This document shows, one piece after another, positions 37,941-45,594 of a stretch of 64,000 nucleotides of DNA (position 1 is the first letter of the stretch; every line of letters starts with the position of its first letter). This DNA comes from an uncultured Lachnospiraceae bacterium (GTDB lineage: Bacteria; Bacillota; Clostridia; Lachnospirales; Lachnospiraceae). Both the position numbers and the translations under genes were made by a program. The notes beneath the pieces are model-generated. The model searched no databases, was not told the origin of the DNA, and saw nothing but the letters and a program-made list of their open reading frames with translations. The DNA lies in contig CACZBF010000002.1 of the NCBI GenBank assembly GCA_902779355.1, positions 9,633-73,632 of the forward strand, written 5' to 3'.

Positions 37941-39347
37941 CTACTGGAAAGGCTTGATCCATGCGGCATAGCCGGCAGGCACTGATGTGTACTGGAGGAG
38001 ATATCCGTCGCTCGTTTCCTCCATCACCTTGCAGTAGAGCTCACCGCCCGCTTCTACCTGAAGATTGTCATATACCTCCAGCGGCGTCTCCGTTTCGAAC
38101 AACGCCCTGTCGTTTGCCACGGCAACGATCCCGCCGTAGTAACGTTTTGCCGCGCCATGTTTTCCTTCTATCTTATGGAAGGAAACCGGTACCGTCGTCT
38201 TCAGCGGCTGCGGCTCCGTGTGCCCGGTGTTGACGTAGATCTTGTAAGATCCGCCGATCCCGGTCACGTGCGAAATCGTTAAAGAACCTTCATGCCCCTT
38301 CGGATAGACCACCATTTCATTGGCGATCTCAAGATCCACGGCTGCGCTCTTCTTCGTATCCGGAGAGATCAGCACCTGTCCTCCCACGGTATAGCTCTCG
38401 ATCCGGCCGCAGAGATTGACGTTGCTCCCGGCCACGCCATATTTCGTGCGTTTCTCCGAACCGATATTGCCGACGATCACATCGCCCGTATGCAGACCGA
38501 TCCCCATCTCTAGCGTGGCGTATCCGTGCTCGTTGTTCCATTTATTGATGTCAGCCATCGTGCGCTGCATCTCAAGCGCTGCAGCAACCGCATCCGCCGC
38601 ATGATGATCCGACTGCGCCGGTGCGCCGAAGATCGCCATGATCCCATCACCGATAAACTCGATAATCGTGCCGTTGTATCGCTGGATCACCTCTGTCATG
38701 GCGCCGAGATAATGGTTGAGCATCGTGATCAGGTCGTTGGCATCCATATGCTCACTCAGCGCGGTAAAGCCTCTGAGGTCGCTCATCATGATCGTGAGCA
38801 CCTGCTTCTTGCCGCCGAGCGCAAGCCCGTCCGGCGTATCCAGGAGCTGCTTCACGATCTCGTCGGAAAGGAATCGTCCGAATGTCGTGCTGAGGAGCTG
38901 ATTACGCATCTCCAGGCGCTCGTTGAGGCTCTGAATCCGCTTCAGCGACTCTGCCGCATCACGAAGCTCCATGAGCTCACTCATATCACGGAACACGATG
39001 ATCACGCCCGTGCGTTCTTTGTTCTCCGTGTAGAAAGAAGTGACCACACGCAGGACCAGCTTTTTTTCGCCGACCATATAAGAAACGATGGCATCATGCG
39101 CCTTCGCCCGGTCATAGACCGCGTTCAGTACCGCCTGGGAAAACTCGTCGTTCTCCGGCCTCTCAAAGAAAACAGCCGCAAACTTCCGCCCCAGCGTCTC
39201 CTCCCGATTCAGCGCAAGGATCTCTTCCGCTGCCGGATTAAAGTACTCAATGACACCGTCAAATCCGATCAGCATAACGCCTTCGGACATGTGCCGGACA
39301 ATACTGTCTGTTTGGAATCCCGATGGATCATTCAACGGTTTTTGCAC
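37941..39347 (-). CDS. PAS-domain class III adenylate/guanylate cyclase with a ~95-aa C-terminal extension
   Basis: Cyclase motifs MMSDLRGFT, IEFIGDGIMAIFG, GLHTGDVIVGNIG, GSNVNLCGRIES. N-terminal PAS (GVMLIGFDGVIEYFNPAAEEILAL). The start is uncertain: GTG 39347 (GAGGAG SD), GTG 39380 or ATG 39290. Confidence 0.85.
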   Translation of the reverse strand: MQKPLNDPSGFQTDSIVRHMSEGVMLIGFDGVIEYFNPAAEEILALNREETLGRKFAAVFFERPENDEFSQAVLNAVYDRAKAHDAIVSYMVGEKKLVLRVVTSFYTENKERTGVIIVFRDMSELMELRDAAESLKRIQSLNERLEMRNQLLSTTFGRFLSDEIVKQLLDTPDGLALGGKKQVLTIMMSDLRGFTALSEHMDANDLITMLNHYLGAMTEVIQRYNGTIIEFIGDGIMAIFGAPAQSDHHAADAVAAALEMQRTMADINKWNNEHGYATLEMGIGLHTGDVIVGNIGSEKRTKYGVAGSNVNLCGRIESYTVGGQVLISPDTKKSAAVDLEIANEMVVYPKGHEGSLTISHVTGIGGSYKIYVNTGHTEPQPLKTTVPVSFHKIEGKHGAAKRYYGGIVAVANDRALFETETPLEVYDNLQVEAGGELYCKVMEETSDGYLLQYTSVPAGYAAWIKPFQ

Positions 39348-40362
39348 GATACTCCTCTGTCTCCTTCTGAATCTCAGCACTTGGCATTTCGTTGTTCTCC
39401 TCAGCCTTTGTCACCTGATATACCAGACGGCAGGCGTTCAGATAATCCTTTGTCAGTCTCCGCAGACGGGAAGAAAGATGAGATAAGATCATGCGGACCT
39501 TCGGCGGATTCTGCTCAAAAAGATCGTAAAGGTCCTCAGGCTGGATCGTTTCGATCGTGGTCTCATCCTCCAGCGTGATCGCGGTCGCGCTGCGCGGATC
39601 GCTGCAGATCATCCCCATCTCGCCAAAGAACTGATTCGGATAAACCTCCGTCAGCAGCTTCTCGGACGGTGTCGCATAATCACGATAGATACCAATCTTG
39701 CCACTGTGTACATCATACATACAGTTGCCATTCTCGCCTTCGCGGAAGATAACGGTCCCCTTCGGGAACTGCTCCACCTGTACGGAAAAGCCTTCGGAAA
39801 GATTTCTTTCCTCTTGCTGTCTGGCTGCCTCAACACTGACCTGTGATGCAGTTTTCCGGTGCATGCTATAGTAAGCCGCGTGTTTCTTAAGGCGCTGGAT
39901 CAGACTCTCACTCCGTCCGCTCGTATCACCCGGCTTCATCTCCCTGATCGCTGCATTGACCTCAGCATAATCATTGGTGAGCACACGCACTCTGTCGCCC
40001 AGATAACGCATGATCTCAAGGATCATATCCGGCGAGGAACGGAAGTATTCGTCCATCTGCCCGGACGGCACCTCGATCATTTCCACATCATCACTCAACG
40101 ATACAGCGGTAGCGCTGCGGGCGAAAGATTCGATGACAGCCATTTCCCCAAGAAACTGTCCCTTCCCAAGCTCCGTCAGAAGCTTCTCTCCGCTCTCCCC
40201 ATAGTTGGCATAGACCCCAACCTTGCCGCCGGTGATCTGGTAAAAGCATTCTCCTTCGTCTCCCTCACGGAAGATCACATCGCCTTTTGCGAACTGCTTT
40301 GTTTGCATCTCTTTAACCTGCCTTTCCTTCTCTTTTTGGTTGATTGAAACCGCTGTTTTCAT
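39328..40362 (-). CDS. tandem cyclic-nucleotide-binding (CNB) domain protein without an output domain
   Basis: Two phosphate-binding cassettes: GQFLGEMAVIESFARSATAVS and NQFFGEMGMICSDPRSATAIT. Each follows a beta-barrel start (FAKGDVIFREGDEG / FPKGTVIFREGENG). The C-terminus is a short helical tail with no HTH. Confidence 0.85.
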   Translation of the reverse strand: MKTAVSINQKEKERQVKEMQTKQFAKGDVIFREGDEGECFYQITGGKVGVYANYGESGEKLLTELGKGQFLGEMAVIESFARSATAVSLSDDVEMIEVPSGQMDEYFRSSPDMILEIMRYLGDRVRVLTNDYAEVNAAIREMKPGDTSGRSESLIQRLKKHAAYYSMHRKTASQVSVEAARQQEERNLSEGFSVQVEQFPKGTVIFREGENGNCMYDVHSGKIGIYRDYATPSEKLLTEVYPNQFFGEMGMICSDPRSATAITLEDETTIETIQPEDLYDLFEQNPPKVRMILSHLSSRLRRLTKDYLNACRLVYQVTKAEENNEMPSAEIQKETEEYRAKTVE

Positions 40363-40412
40363 TTTACGCCTTCACTTTTTGATTTTCAACAGCACATTCT
40401 TGCACTCGGATC

Positions 40413-41444
40413 TCAGCCGCCATCTCCTTTTGCATAAAGATACACTTCGTCTCTTGTATGGAATCCGCTGCCGATGATCACGCTGTCGATGTTGTCTCTG
40501 GTCACGGCGATCGGCGTGAGAACGATCGCCGGCACGTCGTAAGTGCCGTCGTTTTCCGTCCCGGTCAGATCGTTGACCTTTTCCCCTTTGATCAGCGCGA
40601 TCGTTGCCTTGGCTGCTGCGCGGGCTTCTTTTTCCACAGGCTTATAGATCGTGGTGAGCTGTGTCCCCTGCACGATCCGCTGACAGGCCTCCAGCTCCGC
40701 ATCCTGTCCTGTCACAAGGATATGACCTGCCTTCCTGCGCTCTGCAAGAAACCGCACCACCTGTGTCGCGATGCCGTCATTCCCGCACATCAGCGCATCC
40801 ACTTCGTCCGGGATCGATGGATTCTGTGCCAGAAAATCATAGGCATTCTCCGGCCGCCAGCCAGCGGTATAAAAGATGTCCTGCACCGTGATCCCGTTCT
40901 GCGCGCAGATATCCTGAAAGCCTTCATTGACGCCCCAGACGTTGTTGTCCTCGGTCGGCCCGGAGAGCATATACACCGTCCCCACGCCGCCTTTTTTGAC
41001 CAGCGCTTCCGCCATCAATTCACCGACGCGGCGGTTGTCAAAGGACACATAGAGATCCGCATTCGCATTGTTCAGCATCCGGTCATAGGCAACGACGACG
41101 ATCCCTTTCGCGCGCGCCTCCGCTACCACATCCTTCAAACGTTCCGCATCGACACCGACGATCACGATCGCGTCCATGTTTTTGTCGATCAGATACTCGA
41201 TCTGCTCAATCTGCGTCGCCACATCTCCGTTGGCATTCTGTACATTCACCTCGGCGCCGGCCTCCTTCGCCGTGGAAACAAAGACGTCGCGATCCCGCTC
41301 CCACCGTTCGATCAGAAAGGAGTCAAAGCTGATGCCGATCGAAATCTTGTCGTCCGCCGGTGACACCACCGGTTCTGTCTCCACGGGTTCGGCGCATCCC
41401 GCAAGGAGCAGCAACGCGCAGAGGATCCCTAAGATCTTTTTCAT
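40413..41444 (-). CDS. XylF-like periplasmic sugar-binding lipoprotein (sensor partner type, cf. XylFII)
   Basis: Lipobox LLLLAGCAEP. PBP type I body (ISIGISFDSFLIERWERDRD...). TGATG overlap with the response-regulator stop. No cognate permease or ATPase genes are adjacent. Confidence 0.8.
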   Translation of the reverse strand: MKKILGILCALLLLAGCAEPVETEPVVSPADDKISIGISFDSFLIERWERDRDVFVSTAKEAGAEVNVQNANGDVATQIEQIEYLIDKNMDAIVIVGVDAERLKDVVAEARAKGIVVVAYDRMLNNANADLYVSFDNRRVGELMAEALVKKGGVGTVYMLSGPTEDNNVWGVNEGFQDICAQNGITVQDIFYTAGWRPENAYDFLAQNPSIPDEVDALMCGNDGIATQVVRFLAERRKAGHILVTGQDAELEACQRIVQGTQLTTIYKPVEKEARAAAKATIALIKGEKVNDLTGTENDGTYDVPAIVLTPIAVTRDNIDSVIIGSGFHTRDEVYLYAKGDGG

Positions 41445-43042
41445 CACCTCACCCCTTCCTTGTACTCCGTCGGCGTCACACCGACGTTTTTCTTGAAGGT
41501 TCTGGAAAAATAGTTCGGATCCGCATAGCCCACGCAGGCACAGATCTCCTTCATCGAAAGATCTGACCCGCTGAGGAGCTCTTTGGCATGGTCGATCCTG
41601 ACATTCGTCAGGTATTCAATGAAGTTTTCTCCGGTCTCTTCCTTAAATATCTTGCTGAAATAATACGGGCTGATATCCACGATCCGTGAGACATCGTCCA
41701 GGGACAGATCTTTCCCATAGTTTTCGTTGATGTAATCCTTCGCACGTCCGACCGCGGATTTCGTGCGTTTCACACTGCTGCCGGAGACAAGGCGCACCGC
41801 ATCGGTGAGCTTCCTTAAGAACCACGCTCGCAGCCGCTCTTTGTCTTCTCCGATCTCCAGAATCTCCGGGAGGTAGGATGCTCTGGAAAGGAAGCGATAG
41901 GTCTCGTTGCTGCTGTGATAAGCGATCGTCTCCGCGCGGATCACAAATTCCAGCGTCTTCAGCTGGATATCTGAGAGCGCATCGCCATAGGTATCGCACA
42001 TCCAGTCAAAAAAGCGGATTGCCTCCTCCTGCTGTGCCTTTTCGTCGCCCTTTTCCGTCGCCTCAAAAATCGCCTTCTCGGTCTCCACCGGATAGTTTTC
42101 CTCGAAACTGCACCCGGACGGAATATCATCCACATGCGCCACACTTCCCTCCGACTGGATCAGCGCACGCAGCGCATCGTGATAAGAATCGATCGCTGCC
42201 ATTGGCTCGGTGATGCGGCCGAACCCCATCCGGGCCTCGATCTCCGTACGGGTCCTGATCTTTCTCATCAGCTCTCTGGCACGGTCGATCTGCTCGACAC
42301 GTTCGTTATAATCCTGCTCTTTTTCATCCGTCGGAAAATAGACGGCGATCTTGTTGCCGGTCACCGCACCGACAAAGCAGTGAAAATAACTACGGATCAA
42401 CTCACGCACCTCGGTATAATGCGTATGGAGTTTGATGGAACTGCCGACAGCATTTGTCATGTGGTTCCCGACGCGGCTGTCTCCGAAGACCAGCACGCCC
42501 AGATAACACCTGCTCTCCTTGATGTCCAGCAGATTTTTATAGTTCTCCACATCCTCCTCGAAATACTCCTGAAACAGGAGGCTGTAGATCAGTCCGTTTT
42601 CGATGACCGGCGCCACGATCTCCATTTTTTCTTTGATCATGAGCTCACGGTTGCGGCTTTCTCTGGCGCTGTCGACCTGACGCATCGCATCCCGCAGGAC
42701 TTCTAAGATCCGCTCCTTGTCGACGGGTTTGGAAAGATACTCGCGCACGCCGAGGTTGATTGCCTCTTTCGCATAATCAAACTTGTCATAGGCGCTCATG
42801 ATGATCACCAACAGGGAATCATTGTTGCGGCGGATCTCGCGGATTGCCTCGATCCCGTTGATGCCGGGCATGTGGATATCCATAAACGCAATATCCGGAC
42901 GGAATGTCTCTGCCAGTTCGATCACGGCGCGTCCGGTTTTCGCGGAGCGGATCTCGCACTGCCCTTTGAATTCTTTTTCAATAATGAACGTCAGCGACTC
43001 GATGACGATCCCCTCGTCATCCGCCAGCATGATTCGATACAT
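41444..43042 (-). CDS. two-component response regulator with AraC-type output (YesN-like)
   Basis: Receiver MYRIMLADDEGIV...IAFMDIHMPGINGIEA. C-terminal AraC HTH ICACVGYADPNYFSRTFKKNVGVTPTEYK. Confidence 0.9.
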   Translation of the reverse strand: MYRIMLADDEGIVIESLTFIIEKEFKGQCEIRSAKTGRAVIELAETFRPDIAFMDIHMPGINGIEAIREIRRNNDSLLVIIMSAYDKFDYAKEAINLGVREYLSKPVDKERILEVLRDAMRQVDSARESRNRELMIKEKMEIVAPVIENGLIYSLLFQEYFEEDVENYKNLLDIKESRCYLGVLVFGDSRVGNHMTNAVGSSIKLHTHYTEVRELIRSYFHCFVGAVTGNKIAVYFPTDEKEQDYNERVEQIDRARELMRKIRTRTEIEARMGFGRITEPMAAIDSYHDALRALIQSEGSVAHVDDIPSGCSFEENYPVETEKAIFEATEKGDEKAQQEEAIRFFDWMCDTYGDALSDIQLKTLEFVIRAETIAYHSSNETYRFLSRASYLPEILEIGEDKERLRAWFLRKLTDAVRLVSGSSVKRTKSAVGRAKDYINENYGKDLSLDDVSRIVDISPYYFSKIFKEETGENFIEYLTNVRIDHAKELLSGSDLSMKEICACVGYADPNYFSRTFKKNVGVTPTEYKEGVR

Positions 43043-43057
43043 CTCTCGTTTCCCTTT

Positions 43058-44548
43058 CTATGATTCCTGTGATGTGATCTGCGCTGCATCGGGCGCATCC
43101 TTTTCTTCCTGCGCTTCGACCGGGATCGGGATCCTGATCGTCACGGTCGTGCCCTTTCCAAGGCCCTCACTGTTGATCTCAAAGACACGGTCGTCCTTAT
43201 AGAGAAGCCGCAGACGGCTTGCCACGTTCTGCAGGCCGATCCCGCCGTGTTCTCCGCTCGGCTCTTCCACAGAGGGCTTTCCGTTCTGGATCTCAAAAAG
43301 TTTCTCCGGCGTGATCCCCGCGCCGTTATCCGTAATGTCGATCCTGCAGCAGCCGTCCTCTCCGGAGACTTTCATCCTGATCACGCCTTCTCCCGCCATA
43401 TCCCTGATCCCGTGAGAAACCGCGTTTTCCACGACAGGCTGCAGCGTCATCGCAGGAAGTTCCACGGAAAGGAGCGACGGATCCACTTCTTTTTCATAAC
43501 CGACCTCTCCCGAAAAGCGGATATTGATAATGTAGATATAGGTGTCCACCATCGTGATCTCATCGGACAGCGGCACCGGCGCATCCTGCTTTTTGATGTT
43601 GTAGCGGAAAAAGTCCGCGACATTCTGGATATACTCGTAGGTACGATCCGCATCCTCCATCATGGCAAGCTGCGCACCCGCATTCAACGTATTGAACAAA
43701 AAATGCGGATTGATCTGCGCCTGCAGAAACCGCAGCTGCGCTTCATGCAGCCTTACCTCCGTCACGACGCCGCGCCGGATACTGTCCAGCATACGGTTGA
43801 ATGCCGTGATGAGGATACCAGGTTCGTCCTTGACATTCGTGTCCGGGATCACCACATCGTAGTTGCCGTCCGCCACCTGTCCGGCAGCGCCGGCCAGTGT
43901 CGCAAGCGGCTGTGTGATCCGGCGCACCACGACGATCGCAAGCAGAATGTTGAGCAGTGTGATCCAGACAAAGACCAGCACGTTTGCCACGACGACCGTG
44001 TGAAAGGACCGCGTCATCTCGAGATAATTGGTGGAGTTGCTGTTTAAGAGCTCGTTGTTCAGACTGTTGATATAGACTCTGAGATACCCGTACAGCGTTG
44101 TCGCGTTCTCATATTGCAGACGGTACTTGTCGATGTTGCGCCCGCGCTTTGCCTCGATCGCGGCATCCGTGACCTCCAGATACCGGTCACTCATCATCCG
44201 GATATTGCGTTCCATCCGAACCGTCCGCTCGCCGGTCACTTCATAAGGAAGAGATGCGATCTGGTCGCTGTAATCCTGATACGCTTTGTAATAGGCATCC
44301 ATGTCATCCGTGGACTTTGTCTCGAGGAATCCCGTCATCGTATACTGCACGGTGTCGAGCGATTCGGAAAGTTCGCTGAGGGAAATGTTGCCTTCGAACA
44401 CGTCATCCAACGTGGAAACGGTCTGATACACATTCCGGTAGACAAACAGATCCGCCATCAGCATGATCACGGCCGTGATGCTGTAGGTGAGGATCAGTTT
44501 TTTGCGGATAGACAGATCGGAAAAGAATTTCTCCAGTCTCAGTCTCAT
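43058..44548 (-). CDS. sensor histidine kinase (YesM/LytS-type, HAMP + His_kinase + HATPase_c)
   Basis: Two TM helices with an extracytoplasmic loop. RFLQAQINPHFLFNTLN H-box and GGIGLQNVASRL G-box. ATGA overlap with the upstream gene. Confidence 0.9.
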   Translation of the reverse strand: MRLRLEKFFSDLSIRKKLILTYSITAVIMLMADLFVYRNVYQTVSTLDDVFEGNISLSELSESLDTVQYTMTGFLETKSTDDMDAYYKAYQDYSDQIASLPYEVTGERTVRMERNIRMMSDRYLEVTDAAIEAKRGRNIDKYRLQYENATTLYGYLRVYINSLNNELLNSNSTNYLEMTRSFHTVVVANVLVFVWITLLNILLAIVVVRRITQPLATLAGAAGQVADGNYDVVIPDTNVKDEPGILITAFNRMLDSIRRGVVTEVRLHEAQLRFLQAQINPHFLFNTLNAGAQLAMMEDADRTYEYIQNVADFFRYNIKKQDAPVPLSDEITMVDTYIYIINIRFSGEVGYEKEVDPSLLSVELPAMTLQPVVENAVSHGIRDMAGEGVIRMKVSGEDGCCRIDITDNGAGITPEKLFEIQNGKPSVEEPSGEHGGIGLQNVASRLRLLYKDDRVFEINSEGLGKGTTVTIRIPIPVEAQEEKDAPDAAQITSQES

Positions 44549-45594
44549 TCTTCCCCTCCCTGTGCTTTCACGGTTTCCTTGTCCACCACGTAGGTGTCCG
44601 CCATAAAGTATTCGCTGACATAGCCGCTGTCCAGATATTCGTTCAATGCGGTAGTGCAATCCTTGCCCATCTGCACCGCATCCACCGTGATCGTTGCTGA
44701 CAGGATCTCATTCTCGATCGCTTTGCGGATGCTTTCGGAATCATAATAGCCGATGATGCTGCACTGTCCCACGACGTTGTTGTCCACGGCCGCCTGGTAG
44801 GCGCTGTTGGTATGCTCTTCATTCAATGCCACGAGAATATCCGGTACATTCTCCGGATCCATCAGGAGCTCCGTCACGGAACGCTGGGAGGCAAAGGTGC
44901 CGAAATCATCTATTTCGCGGGTCTCGAAATCGATCCGCCCGTAAAGATCGGCATCCGCCGAAACACTGTCGCGAATTGTGCTGATGAGGAGTTTTTGGGA
45001 CTCCGCATCTGCATTTTTCCCGGTCAGCACTGTGATCTTCAGTCGATTCCTATCATTCAGCAGTTTTTTCGCAAGGATCACGACCTGTCGTCCGTATAGC
45101 CCACCAAGATCATATCGGCTGATGCCGACGTAGCTGATCCTGCCGGTCCCGGCGTCGTCATTTCCGCCCACCAGCACCACCGGGATCCCTGCCTCGGTCG
45201 CAGCAGCGATCTCGTTTTTCTCGGCATTCCGGTTGACATTCTCGACGATGATCCCGTCCACGCCGGATGCAACTGCGATCCTGATCCGTTCCTCCAGACT
45301 GTATCCGACCGCAAGGTCCGACGCGAAGTCCTCCACAAAGGCATCCGTGTCTTCGCCTTCCTTGTGCGCGCCTTCATAGACTTCTTTCCAGAAAGAGGAA
45401 TTCTCCTCATCCGAGATAAACGCATAATACCGGTCGTAAGTCTTTAATGCTTCCTCTTTCTTTCCGGAAAGGTTTGCACTCCGCTGCGACCAGAACAGCG
45501 CCAAAGCAGTCGCGATCGTGGTCAGAACCAATAATAACGGGAGAATCCAATAGTATCGTCTTCTTCCCTTTTTCCCTTCGGGAACGGTTTTCAT
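44545..45594 (-). CDS. membrane-anchored periplasmic-binding-protein-like (sugar-binding fold) protein
   Basis: N-terminal anchor YYWILPLLLVLTTIATALALFW, then a PBP type I-like pattern (YYAFISDEENSSFWKEVYEGA...GIPVVLVGG...). ATGA overlaps at both ends. Confidence 0.7.
   Translation of the reverse strand: MKTVPEGKKGRRRYYWILPLLLVLTTIATALALFWSQRSANLSGKKEEALKTYDRYYAFISDEENSSFWKEVYEGAHKEGEDTDAFVEDFASDLAVGYSLEERIRIAVASGVDGIIVENVNRNAEKNEIAAATEAGIPVVLVGGNDDAGTGRISYVGISRYDLGGLYGRQVVILAKKLLNDRNRLKITVLTGKNADAESQKLLISTIRDSVSADADLYGRIDFETREIDDFGTFASQRSVTELLMDPENVPDILVALNEEHTNSAYQAAVDNNVVGQCSIIGYYDSESIRKAIENEILSATITVDAVQMGKDCTTALNEYLDSGYVSEYFMADTYVVDKETVKAQGGEE

Noticed and set aside
37941-38230. The C-terminal ~95 aa of the cyclase might be a PilZ domain
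   Set aside because: No RxxxR or (D/N)xSxxG motifs are visible, so only a generic beta-rich character supports the idea. It is left as an unknown extension.
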